Positions 44,598-55,806 of a stretch of 64,000 nt of DNA are shown one piece after another. The DNA comes from Rebecca billardiae RCC1528 (lineage: Eukaryota; Protista; Haptophyta), in the NCBI GenBank assembly GCA_965240325.2, contig OZ251245.1, positions 62,001 through 126,000 of the forward strand, read 5' to 3'. The notes under the pieces were generated by a model, which saw nothing but the letters and a program-made list of their open reading frames with translations, was not told where the DNA came from and did no database searches. The position numbers were made by a program, and so were the translations under genes. The first letter of the stretch is position 1, and every line of letters begins with the position of its first letter.

Positions 44598-46964
44598 CGG
44601 GACGATGTCGGCGGAGGCGCCGCCCTTCGCCTCGTCGCCCAGCACCGCCTCGAGCGCGCCCTCCCCCCGGACCCTCGCCAGCGAGAAGAGCTCCGGGTCG
44701 TCCTGCAGCTCGAGCGCATCGCCCGGCAGCTCCATCTTCAAGGCGAGCCGCTCCTTCTGTTTAGTCAGCCGCAGCTTGGCGCGGCGGAGGGCGAGCTTCT
44801 CGCGCGCCGAGGCGGAGGCGGCGAGGGAGTCGAGCGCGACGAGCGCCTCGGCGTCCTCGCGCTCGTCGCCGTCGAGCGAGCACCCGTCCTCCTCCGCCCC
44901 GCCCTCCGCCGCCGCCGGCGCGCCGCCCTCCGCAGCCGCCAGCCGCGCCGCCCACGCCGCCCGCATCTTGAGCCGCCACTTGAGAAGCGTGCGCAGGTCG
45001 CCTGCGGGGGTAGGGTTAGGGTTAGGGGTAGGGTTAGGGTTAGGGGTAGGGGTAGGGGTTTGGGGTTGGGGGGTTGGGGTGAGCGGCGGAGGCAGGGGGC
45101 AGGCACGCGGCAGGCCGGTGCGTGCGGGCCGCACCGGCGCGCGGCCGCCTGCCGCGCAGCCGCTGCCGAGCGCGGCCGTGTCCGCGAGCCGAGCGGCCCG
45201 GCTGCGGCCGCGGCTGCTGCTGCTGCTGCGGCTGCTGCTGCTGCTGCTGCGGCTGCGGCCGCGGCTGCTGCTGCGGCTGCTGCTGCGGCTGCTGCTGCGG
45301 CTGCTGCTGCTGCTGCTGCTGCTGCTGCGGCTGCTGCTGCTGCTGCGGCTGCTGCTGCCGCTGCTGCGGCTGCTGCGGCTGCTGCTGCCGCTGCTGCGGC
45401 TGCTGCGGCTGCGCGGTCGTGTTGTGTGTCGCGCGCGCAGCCGCGGCCCAGCGCTCCGCGCGCGCGCGCGCTGCGCCGCGTGCGCGCACCCTTGCCGAGC
45501 ACGCGCAGGTCCTCGCACAGCCGCTTCACCTCGAGCGTGGTGCTCGGCTGCTCTTCGTAGAACGCCACCGCCGCGTCCGCGCCGTCCCACACCAGCCGGC
45601 TCTTCTCCGAGAGCACGCGCACCGGCGCCTCCGAGCGCACGAACGCCACCACGGGCGCGAGGTGGTACAAAGTGTAGTCCGCCTCCGCGTACCCGAGCGC
45701 GGGCGCCTGCGGGGCGGCGTGTGGCGCGGCGTGTGCAAGGCGGGTTAGGGTTAGGGTGAGGGTTAGGGTTAGGATCGGTGTGTGCCACGTGTGTGCACGG
45801 GGCGTGCGGGGCGGCAGGCGTGCGGCGTGCGTGCAAGGGGGAGGGCCGGGGCGCCCGCGCGCGCCGCGCCGCGCGCCCCGCCGCCCGCGCGCGGCCCTCT
45901 GCGCGCGGCCGCGCGGCGGCTCGCGGCGCGCGGCGCGGCGCGGCGCGCGCGCCTTTGCGCCCGGCTTGGCCTGCAGCGCGTTCGCCTGGCGCAGCTGCGT
46001 CAGGTCGGAGAAGACGGCGCGCGGGTCGAAGAGGCGCGGGTCGATCTTGGCGCCGGTGAAGCGCGAGCACACGACGAAGATCTCCGCAGACTCCGCCCGC
46101 GACGCCTGCGGCTTGGTCGCCTCGACGCGGTCGAACAGCTGCGGGGGCGCACGCGGGGCGGCGCACGCGCGGGGGGCACGGGCGGGTGTGTGCGCGGGTG
46201 GGCGGGGTGGGCGTGGAGGGTGACGCTCGGGCGGCGGGGCGCGGGCTGTGCACACCGCACACACACACGGTTACACACAAAGCGCTACACACACAGCACA
46301 CGCGCACGCACAGACACACAGACAGTGCTATACACACACACTGGTACACACACACGGGTACACACACGGGTACACGCGCACCTGGTTGAAGACCCACAGC
46401 AGCGCGTTACACACACACACACGGGTACACACACGGGTACACACGCACCTGGTTGAAGACCCACAGCAGCGCGTTGTAGTCGGCCGAGCGGAAGACCTTG
46501 GTGACGAACCAGCCGCCGGGGGCGAGGAACTCGGCGCCGAGCTTGAGCGACGCGAGCGTCAGCTCCGCCTGCCCGTACGCGTCCTTGAGCCACGCCTGCC
46601 CCACGTTGGGCGCGCCGTCATGCAGTACGCAGTCGACGCGCACGTCCTTGAACTGCTTGCGCAGCGCGGCGCGGCACGAGTCGGAGGTGATGTCGGCGGT
46701 GAGCGTGACCGCCTTGGGGACGGGGCGGATGGGCACCAGGTCCACCCCCACCAGCACGCCGGACACCGGCATGTACTCGCGCGCCACCTGCAGCCACGAG
46801 CCGGGCGCGGCGCACAGGTCGAGCACGCCGCGCGCGCCCTGCAGGAAGCCAAACTTCTTGTTGAGCTGGACGAGCTTGAACGCGGCGCGCGAGCGGTAGC
46901 CGCGCTCCTTCGCGAGGTGGTAGTACTTGTCGAGCCGCTTCTTCGCCACGCCCTTCTTCCCCAT
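42411..46964 (-). CDS. SPB1: 27S pre-rRNA 2'-O-methyltransferase SPB1/FTSJ3; exons 46964-46449, 46138-45953, 45706-45490, 45001-43742, 43583-43437, 43187-43000, 42755-42411
   Basis: [22 protein letters not shown]; [10 protein letters not shown]; [10 protein letters not shown]; FVTKVFRS; [17 protein letters not shown]; [17 protein letters not shown]; AYNR; LPEWFADDE; [17 protein letters not shown]; VKRVDKRM. Six introns, one GC-AG. Confidence 0.95.
45006..45080 (-). repeat. Interstitial telomeric-type (CCCTAA)n array in SPB1 intron 3, abutting the acceptor
   Basis: Plus strand GGGTAGGGTTAGGGTTAGGGGTAGGGTTAGGGTTAGGGG..., degenerating away from the splice site. Confidence 0.9.
45200..45412. repeat. 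Intronic (CTG/CGG)n trinucleotide array
   Basis: gctgctgctgcggctg... about 210 bp inside SPB1 intron 3. Confidence 0.9.
45742..45773 (-). repeat. Telomeric-type array in SPB1 intron 2
   Basis: GGGTTAGGGTTAGGGTGAGGGTTAGGGTTAGG on the plus strand. Confidence 0.9.
46346..46475 (-). repeat. 68-bp-period tandem duplication of the SPB1 exon1/intron1 junction
   Basis: GCACCTGGTTGAAGACCCACAGCAGCGCGTT occurs at ~46378 and ~46446, within a (CA)-rich tract. Confidence 0.85.
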
Positions 46965-47118
46965 CGCGGCGCGGGCCTCCGGGGGCGGGAGGCGGGGAGA
47001 TGCGGCCGGCCCTGGGCACGCAGTCGGCGCCCGTGCCCCAGCGGCGGGCCAGTCCGGGACGCGTGCCGGCCGCGAGCTTTTTGTGGCCGGCGCGAAAACT
47101 CCAAACCTGCTGGCGGCA

Positions 47119-47154
47119 AGAAAAAACCGCCGGCCGCGGCCGGCGGGTTTTTCT
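47119..47154. promoter_or_regulatory. Near-perfect 36-bp palindrome in the SPB1/EF-hand bidirectional promoter
   Basis: AGAAAAAACCGCCGGCCG|CGGCCGGCGGGTTTTTCT with one mismatch; an E2F-like GGCGCGAAAA lies at ~47089. Regulatory function is inferred from position only. Confidence 0.45.
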
Positions 47155-47328
47155 GCTCGTCGGTGGGTTTCGAATATCGCCGCGGCGAGAAAGGCCGCGG
47201 CGTGGATATCCTCCGCGCGGACGGCGCGCTCACTGCTCGCGGCTCGGATCAGCAGGGCCGCCCTCGGCGCGCGCGGCTGCAGTCGGACGGCCGGCGGCGG
47301 GACTGCCCGCCGTCGCACGCAGCGCGCG

Positions 47329-48293
47329 ATGACGTCGGTGCTCTCCGTGGTCTTCCTGCTCGGCGCGGCGATGCACTTCTCCCTCGCCCCGCTGTACATC
47401 TTCATGCCCTCCGCCATCATGGGCGGGCGGCCCAACCGCTCCATCCACCCGGCCATCCGTGCGCGCGCGCGCAAGGCGTGGCCGCGCGCGCGCGTGCGCG
47501 CAGCCAGCCTGGGCGCGCGCGGGAGGGCGGCTGGTTGTGGTGGGCCCTCGAGCCTCGTGCGCGTGCCCACGCACGGGAATCGCCGCGACCCGCCCCTCGC
47601 CCCCGCGCCTCCTGCCACTCGCCGCGCCGCCGCGCACGCGCGCGTGTGTGCGCGCGTGCGCGTGTGCGTGTGTGCGGCGGCGCAGGCCACTTCCTGGCGA
47701 TCCTCGGCGCCGCGCACGGCGGCTTCGCGGCGCAGCTGGTCGCGGCCGCCTTCCTGCCCAACGAGGTGCGCGCGCTCTTCGGCTGCATCTGCCTCCTCGG
47801 GTACGCGGTGATGGGCCCGATCGCGGAGGGGCTCGCCCTTGAGCGGCCGCCGACGCTGTGGGACTGTCTTTCGTGCTGCTTCTCGTCGTCGCGCGGGTTC
47901 GCGGACGCGGACAAGGACGGCGACGGCTACCTCACGGAGGAGGAGTGGCGCGCCGCGCAGGCCGCCGGCGCCATCCCGCGCTCGCGCAAGTGGTCGCGCG
48001 TGATCGCTGAGCTGGACACTGACAGCGACGGCCGCGTCTCGCTCGCCGAGTTCAAGCGGCTCAAGAACCCGTCGCTCAACTTCCCGGTGGTGGTGGCGAT
48101 CCTGCTGCTCGGGATGGTGTCGGACACCGGCCTCTCGCGGTACACGCTCGCGGCGGGCGCCATCGTGGCCCTCGGCCTGCTCATCTTTGGCGCGATCGCC
48201 TTCACCAAGACGGAGGCTTGCAGGAAGCGCCGGGCAGAGGACGGCGCCGACGAGGAGTCGGACGACGAGGGCGAGGAGGGCGGCGCCGACTGA
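47329..48293 (+). CDS. Multi-pass membrane protein with an EF-hand pair; exons 47329-47458, 47686-48293
   Basis: EF loops [12 protein letters not shown] and [12 protein letters not shown] lie between three N-terminal and two C-terminal hydrophobic helices; a phase-1 GT-AG intron restores the frame. Confidence 0.8.
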
Positions 48294-48835
48294 GCGGCGC
48301 ACGCTGCGGTGCGGCGCGGTGCCGCACGGCCCGCTCAGCGTCAGATCGTGTCACACTGACGTCGCCTGGCGCGTCGGGCGGCGCGGCAGCGGCCCAGAGG
48401 CAGACACGGTCGGCGCGCCCTCAATCCTCATGCCATGGTCCTCAGTCCGGGTCTAACTGGCTCGGTGGCAGTGAGCGGACTCGCGGAGTTGATGCATATA
48501 GTCGTCAGCATCACTGTGACGAGCAGATGCCGATATGCGGATGCGGCTCGGAGCGCCTTGGGGCGGGCACCGCGCCACGCGCTCGCTGTGCACACCTGAG
48601 CAGCCGCTGCGGCGGCATGACAGTCAGCAGCATATCGTCGCGCGCGGGCCAAAAACAACTATGAGCGGCCAGCCTCGCGGCTGGGCGTGCCACCCAGCCA
48701 TGCACTATGAATGGCCGGACGAGATCAGGCCGAGATCTTGGGCGCGTCTCGGTGGGCGCTCAGCAAAAATGGCCTGCTCGCTTTGGAAGCCGCGCGCGGC
48801 GCCATCGCGCGGCGGAGGCGTGTGTCACAAGGCGC

Positions 48836-49169
48836 ATGCCAGGCTTGCCAGCGCCCCACGGGCGGCGCGCCGCGCGCCCGCGGCTCGGCGCGACGCTCGC
48901 GCTCGCGCTCGGGCTCGCCGGCGCGCGCCGCGCCGCGTGCGCCGCCGAGTCGCAGGGCCCGTCCTCGCTCTTCGGCTTCGCGTGCGCCGCGCACTTTTCA
49001 GACGAGCAATTCGTCGTGCACTGGCTGCTCGACGTGGAGCCGAGGGCGTGCCGCGCGCGCGGCCGGCCGGGCGGGCGGCGCGCGCTGGGGGTTGTGAACG
49101 GGAGCGAGGCGGAGCGGTCGCGCGGCCGCGCGATGCAGGAGCAGCCGGGCTGGGGCGGCGGCTGGCCCA

Positions 49170-49219
<50 letters not shown>

Positions 49220-49420
49220 TGGGGCGGCTGGCCGCGCCGCGCCGGCGGCGTCTCGGGCGGCGTGAGCGGCTGGCCGATGAACGGTGGCGCCGCCGACACG
49301 CGCGGGCCCGGGATGGGCGGCCCGCCGCCCGAGCGCGGCGGGCCCATGCCGTGGGGCGGCACGATGGCGCCCGGCGGCGGCGGGCCCAGGCCAGGTCCGC
49401 GGCCGCCGGGCGGCGGCTGG

Positions 49421-49453
<33 letters not shown>

Positions 49454-49709
49454 CGGATGGGCATGCAGCCGTGGAACACCGCGGGCCCGCCCGGCGGCGG
49501 CGGCGGCGGCGGCCCGCCCGGCGGCGGCTGGGGCGGCGGCAGGTACGGCGGCGGCATGCAGGGCGGCGCTTCGACCGGGTGGGGCGGCGCGCCCGGCGCG
49601 CCCGGCGGCGGCGGTGGCGGTGGCATGTTTGGCGGCGGCGGCGGCGGCGGCGGCGCGCCCGGTGCGCCCAGCGGCATGTTTGGCGCGCCCGGCGGCGGTG
49701 GCGGCATGC

Positions 49710-49740
<31 letters not shown>

Positions 49741-52700
49741 GTCTCCCTGGGCGCTGGGCGGAGGCGGCGCGTTTGGCGGCGGCGGCGGCGGCATGCCCGG
49801 CGGCGGCTTCCGCGGTGGCGGCCCCGTGGGCGACGCGGGCGCCACCACGCTCTCGTTCGACGGCGGCGGCGCCGGCGGCGCCGCCGGCGGCGCCGCCGCG
49901 TTCGGAGCGCTGCTCGCGGCGGCGGCGGGCGGCGGCGGCGGCGGCTCGGGCGGCGGCGGCGGCGGTGGCGCGCTGCCTGGCACGATGGCGACCACCAGCG
50001 GGCACTCTGGGATCGTCGGGCACAACGACGAGGAGGGCGGGCCGTGCGAGGCGCGCGGCATCCTCGTCGCCATCGACGTCGAGTTCCGAGGCTCGGACGC
50101 GCAGCGCGCCATCGCAGGGGACTGGTGGCTCGCGTTCGGCCTCGCGGAGGCGGGCGCGCTGCTCGGCGCGGACCTCGCGGTGTTTGACGCGCGCACGCGC
50201 ACGCTGCGTGACATGCACACACGCGACACGCCCGAGTTCAAGCCGGTGTGCGCGGCTGGCGGGCGGCGGGTGGGTGCCGTGCTGCGCGTGTGCGTGTGCG
50301 CGTGTGCGTGGCACGCCGCGCCGCCCGCGCCGCCCCTCGCGCCTCCGCCCCGTGCGCCCGCCCCTCCCTGACCCTCCCCGTACCCCCAACCCCACCCCTA
50401 ACCCTACCCCCCCAACCCTAACCCTCTCCTCCGCGCAGGACCGGTGCGAGGACTGGGAGCTCGTCGGCGTCGTCTCGAACAAGGCGGTCTTCGACGGCGC
50501 GCCCGCGTTCAGAGCCACCGTGCGGATGCGCCGCCGGCTGCGCTCGCCGGACGACGCGCAGGACCGCCACTTTGAGCGCGACGAGGCGCCGCCCTACCTC
50601 GCGACCAAGGCGCGCGCTGCCCCCCGCCCGCGCGCTGCTGGCCTGCGTGCGCGTGCGCGTGCATGTGCACGTGCGCGTGCGTACGCGCGCGCGCGCGCGT
50701 GCGTGCGGCGCGGCACTGACCTGAGCTCGGCGCGCGCCGCGCGCCGCGCGCCGCGCAGGTGATTGGGCTCTGGGGGACGGGGCGCGAGCGGCCGAGCGGC
50801 GCGGGGTGGCAGAAGTCGTTCCACCACGCGATGGCCGCGCTGCGCTTCCACGCGCCCACGTGCGCGCCCGACGTGCTGGGCGAGGCGCGCGCCGAGCCGG
50901 GCGTGAGCGTGCTGCAGCTGCGCGCGCCGGGGCACGCCGCCTCGGCCATGTCGCGCGACGACCCGTCGGCGTACACGCACGTCTGCTTCGACCAGGTGCG
51001 CCGGGCGGCGCGCGCCGTGTGCGCAGGCGGGCGGGCGGGCGGGCGGCGGGCCGCGGCGGCCGCGCGCACGGCCGAGCGCTGCGCGCGGCGCGCGCGCTCG
51101 CGCGCGCGCCGCGCGGTGGTGGCGGCTGCGCGCGCGCATGCCAGCAGGCGTGCACCCCGGCCGCGGCGTGCGCCCGCGCACGCCCTCCGCCCACCCCGCG
51201 CACGCGCGACCCCGCTCCTCTCTCCTCCTCCCCCCACCGCAGAGCACCCTCGGCGGCGCGTGGCCCGCCGGCCCCGTCCACGTCACCGCCATCGAGGCGA
51301 CGATCCAACCGCCCTCCTCCATCAAGTACGTACACCACATGACGATCAGGGGGGCGCGCAAGTCGTGCGCGGAGATCAAGGACGGCGTGCAGAACGACTA
51401 CGTGCGCGCGGGCGGGGGCAGCGCGGGCGGGCGTGCCGTGTGCGGGGGCGGCGGGGCCGCCCGCCCGCCCGCCCGCCCGCCGCGCGCTCCGCTCCGCCCG
51501 GCCCGCCTGTGTGGCTGCGCGCCACGCGCCGTGACGCGCGCACACGCGCGCGCGCGCGCCCCGCCCGCCCCTGCCGCGCGGCAGGTGCTCGACCTGCTGA
51601 TCTGGTCGAAGGGGCTGGAGCCGCTCGTGCTCCCCAAGGAGGCGGGCATCCGGCTCAACGGCGAGGGCGGGTACGTCGGCTTCGTCATCGAGTACCACTA
51701 CGAGCTGTCGGGCGCGACCGAGCCGGTGCGCGACCGCTCGGGCATGGACGTGCTCTGGACGAAGCAGGTGCGTGTGCGTGTGTGTGCGTGTGCGTGTGTG
51801 CGTGTGTGCGTGTGTGCGTGTGCGTGTGTGCGTGTGCGCGTGCGTGTGTGCGTGTGTGGGCGTGTGTGCGTGTGTGTGTGCGTGTGTGCGTGTGTGCGTG
51901 TGTGCGTGTGTGCGTGTGCGTGTGTGCGTGTGCGTGTGTGTGCGTGTGCGTGTGTGCGTGTGTGCGTGTGCGTGTGTGCGTGTGTGCGTGTGTGCGTGTG
52001 TGCGTGTGTGCGTGTGCGTGTGTGCGTGTGCGCGTGCGTGTGTGCGTGTGTGGGCGTGTGTGCGTGTGTGTGTGCGTGTGTGCGTGTGTGCGTGTGTGCG
52101 TGTGTGCGTGTGCGTGTGTGCGTGTGCGTGTGTGTGCGTGTGCGTGTGTGCGTGTGTGCGTGTGCGTGTGTGCGTGTGTGCGTGTGCGTGTGTGCGTGTG
52201 TGCGTGTGCGTGTGTGCGTGTGCGTGTGCGTGTGTGCGTGTGTGGGCGTGTGTGCGTGTGTGTGTGCGTGTGTGTGTGCGTGCGTGCTTGCGTGTGTGCG
52301 TGTGGGCGTGTGCGTCTGGGCGTGTGTGCGTGTGCGTGTGCGTGCGTGCGTGTGTGCGTGTGCGTGTGGGCGTGTGCGTGCGTGGGCGTGGGCGTGGGCG
52401 TGGGCGTGTGTGCGTGTGCGTGTGTGCGTGTGTGCGTGTGCGTGTGTGCGTGTGTGCGTGTGCGTGTGTGCGTGTGTGCGTGCGTGTGCGTGCGTGCGTG
52501 CGTGCGTGTGCGTGTGCGTGCGTGTGTGTGTGCGTGCGTGTGTGCGTGTGTGTGTGCGTGCGTGTGTGCGTGTGTGTGTGCGTGGGCGTGTGTGCGCATG
52601 CATGCACGCGCCACGCACTGAGCGGCATGCCGGGCCGCACGGCGGCTCTGCCGTGGAGCGCGCCGCCGCCCCACCAGCCAATCCACCCACCCACGCCCCC

Positions 52701-53576
52701 CCCCTGCGCCCGCGCACGCACACTTCCGCCCTCTGCGCAGCTGCGCGCGCATGACGCGGGGGTGCTGCAGGTGGGGGACCCTGGGGTCTCGCTGTACGGC
52801 AAGCCGCTGCTGCCCGGGCTCTCGCGGCACATCTTCCAGTGCCCGTCCTCGTGCACCGCCAACGGGCTCAAGCGCGGCGACAAGGCACGAGACGCGCCCA
52901 CCCCGCCCACCCCTGCCGCACCGCCCCCCGCGGCGCGCGACGCGCCGGCGCGCTGCAGCCAGCACGCGCGCACTCACGCGGGCGCCGCGCCGCCGCGCCG
53001 CGCCGCGCCGCGCGCTGCGGTGGGCAGATCACGGTGTTCAAGCGCACGCTGCACATGCACTCGCACGGCACGCGGATGGCGACCGCGCTGATGGGCCGCG
53101 ACGGCGGCGTCAAGCGCGTCGACAAGGCGAGCGCGCACACAGCGCGGTCGCCCGTGCACACCACCCCGCTGCCACGTCGCGCCAGCGCACCCAGCCAACC
53201 CCCGTTGCCACGTCAACCCTAACCCTAACCCTAACCCTAACCCTAACCCAGCGCACCCAACCAACCCCCGTTGCCGCCGGCGCGGCGCGTGCGCAGGTGG
53301 ACTACTACGACTTCCACTCCACCTCCGGCTTCGAGCCGCGCTCCACCGCCGCGGGCTTCGACGTGCACCGCGGCGACTGGTTCTTCACCGAGTGCAACTA
53401 CGCGACCGCGCCCTGGACGACCGCGGCGTCGCCGTCGATGCCGCTGTTCGGGTACAAGAGCACCTCGGAGATGTGCATCGACTTTCTGTACTACTACCCG
53501 CGCCAGCCCTTCTCGCCGCTGGACATGTGCGGGCCGCTCAACTACGCCGTGGTGCGCGCTCGGCGCGGCGCGTGCC

Positions 53577-53613
<37 letters not shown>

Positions 53614-54434
53614 GGGCGCGGCGGGCGGCGCGAGGGAGCGGGGAGGCGCCGCTGTGCCCGCGCGCGCCGCCGAGCCGCGCCGCTCCCCGCGCCGCTCCCC
53701 GCGCCCCGCGCCCGCGCCCCCCGCAGGTCGCCGCGAAGGAGGAGGAGGACAAGGAGAAGAAGGCCGGCCGCCCGCCCTCCAAGTCCGCGCTGCTGATGAA
53801 GCAGGCGCCGTATGCACCCGCAGCGGACGGCGGAGACTACCTCTGCCACGGCACGCACCAAATCTCGCTGCAGGCGGCGGGCGACGCGGCGATCAACCGG
53901 ACGTGGGGGCTGCCGCCGCGGCTGCCGCCCGAGGGCTCGCGGTGCGACTCGAGCGACCGGATGCAGCGCCGCGTGCGCGCGGGCTGGCGGAAGGCGAGCA
54001 AGGCGAGCGCGCCGTGGGCGGCCATGGGCGGGGGCGCGCAGCAGCAGCAGGGCGCGCCCGGCGGCGGCGGCGCGCCGTGGGCGGCGGGCGGCGGCGGTGG
54101 CGGTGGCGGCATGCCGGGCGGCGGCGGCGGCGCGCCGTGGGCGGCGGGCGGCGGCGGAGGCGGTGGCGGCATGCCGGGCGGCGGCGGCGGCGCGCCGTGG
54201 GCGGCGGGCGGCGGCGGAGGCGGTGGCGGCATGCCGGGCGGCGGCGGCGGCGCGCCGTGGGCGGCAGGCGGCGGCGGAGGCGGTGGCGGCATGCCGGGCG
54301 GCGGCGGCGGCGCGCCGTGGGCGCCAGGTGGCGGCGGCGCCGCCGGCCGCGGCGCGCCGTGGGCGGGCGGCGCGGGCGGCGCGGGCGGAGGGTGGCGCAT
54401 GCCGCCGGGCGGCGGCGGCTTCGGCCCGCGCTGA
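48836..54434 (+). CDS. DOMON + copper type II ascorbate-dependent monooxygenase (DBH/MOXD1-like) with Gly-rich insertions; exons 48836-50245, 50439-50609, 50759-50995, 51243-51401, 51585-51767, 52741-52884, 53028-53126, 53297-53551, 53727-54434
   Basis: Signal peptide; [24 protein letters not shown]...DWELV; Cu ligands YVHHM, EYHY, LHMH and EMC; LPKEAG, DRSG, YYDF, FLYYYP. Eight introns, three GC-AG. Confidence 0.88.
50386..50425 (+). repeat. Degenerate telomeric-type (CCCTAA) array in monooxygenase intron 1
   Basis: CCAACCCCACCCCTAACCCTACCCCCCCAACCCTAACCCT just before the acceptor at 50438. Confidence 0.75.
51768..52600. repeat. ~830-bp (GT/GC)n compound microsatellite in monooxygenase intron 5
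   Basis: gtgcgtgtgtgcgtgt... largely alternating purine-pyrimidine, starting at the donor GT. Confidence 0.95.
53215..53249 (+). repeat. Perfect telomeric (AACCCT)n array in monooxygenase intron 7
   Basis: AACCCTAACCCTAACCCTAACCCTAACCCTAACCC. Confidence 0.92.
54061..54323 (+). repeat. Coding tandem repeat, ~4.4 x 60 bp ([20 protein letters not shown])
   Basis: Four near-identical 60-nt units plus a partial fifth in the last exon. Confidence 0.92.
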
Positions 54435-54623
54435 GACCCGCGCCGCCGCCGCCGCCCCGGGGCGCGACGACCGCATATGCGCATCGTCACGTTGCCGCAC
54501 AATTGCCCGGGCAGGACGGGGCAGCACGGCCAGCACGGGGCCACAGGGCGGATGCTCACGCCGAGCCTGCTGCGGCGGCGGCAGTGATCGTCAGTCGCAT
54601 ATCAGCGCATCGCATCATTAAAC

Positions 54624-54651
54624 TATATATAATATATATATATATATATAT
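54624..54651. repeat. (TA)n tract between convergent gene 3' ends
   Basis: tatatataatatatatatatatatatat between the stops at 54434 and 54967. Confidence 0.85.
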
Positions 54652-54966
54652 GCTGACGATACGATACGACTACCCGTCCGAGGAAGCGCCGCCAGCACTG
54701 AGTGAGTTAGATGGGCAGCCAGCAGGTCGTAATAAGTTCAAGCAGCAGCCCGCGCAGCAGCATCACGTCGTCATCGATATCGTAGTCGATCGCCGTTCTC
54801 CGGTTGAGCGCAGCAGAGCGCCGCGGCCAGCAGCTCGTCGTCAGCCCCGGCGACGCGAGTAGTGCCGTAGTGGCGCCGACGACGCGCTTATTGCCGGCCG
54901 CCCGTATTGCATGCCAGCTGGCAGCTGTGACTCGCGTCGCCGCGCTGGTCGAGTATAGTGATATAG

Positions 54967-55765
54967 TCAGACCGGCGGGAGGCCACAGCGGCTGAACCAC
55001 TCCCTCCGCTGCTCCGCACTCAGCAGCGGCGCTGACCCGTTCCCCTCGCGGGGCTTCGCCCCGGCTTCTGCTCGGGCCGCGCCGACCACTCCGCTCGTCA
55101 CCAGGCTGCTGCCCCGCCTGTACGCCGGTGGCGGCAAACGCCGGCCGCCGCGCGGCGGCGGCGCCGCCTCCGCCTCCGCCTCCGCCGGCAGTTGGGAGGG
55201 GTGTGGGCGCACGCGCATCACGTACAGCGATGGCGGCGGCGCCCGCTGACCGCCCGCGCCCTCCCCCGGCGGCGCCCCCGGCGGCGCACCGCGTGCCCCC
55301 CCGCCGCCCGCCGTGCGCAGCGCGCCGTCCTTGAGCCGGATCGACGCGCGCAGCCCCGGCAGCTCGCGCACGCGCAGCCCGCTGGGCCAGAGCTCGCGCG
55401 CCCAGAAGCAGAGGGGGTACCAGGAGAAGTACCAGCGCGCGAGGCTGCCCTCGCGGCAGCGCGGCCCAGTCGCCTCGGCCCCACCGCCACCCGCCGCCGC
55501 CGCCAACGCGGTGCGGTTCTCGCGCGCGCGCGCCCCCTCCGCGCCCGGCGGCGGCGCGCGCTCCGCTGCCACCCGCGCCGCCGCCGCCGGCGTCGGGCGT
55601 GCCGCAGCCAGCAGCTCGATGGAGCGGAGAACGAGGGAGGCGGCGGAGCGCGGCATGAGCCACAGGCCGTCCGGGGGCAGCGCCTCGTCCACGCTCCGCT
55701 CCGCGCCCGCGATATACCACGACGAGCGCGGCTCGACGTACGCACACGCAGCCCCCTCCCCGCTC

Positions 55766-55806
<41 letters not shown>

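Noticed and set aside
45006-45080. Chromosome end or telomere fusion
   Set aside because: The arrays are short, intronic and embedded in intact conserved genes.
45040-45489. Poly-Gln, poly-Ala, poly-Cys and poly-Leu ORFs
   Set aside because: They lie in SPB1 intron 3; splicing 45490 to 45001 restores the conserved [17 protein letters not shown].
47119-47154. Bacterial rho-independent terminator
   Set aside because: It lies between divergent start codons of intron-containing eukaryotic genes, not downstream of a gene.
51685-53091. His/Thr-rich and Val/Cys-rich ORFs
   Set aside because: They are translations of the intronic (GT/GC)n microsatellite.
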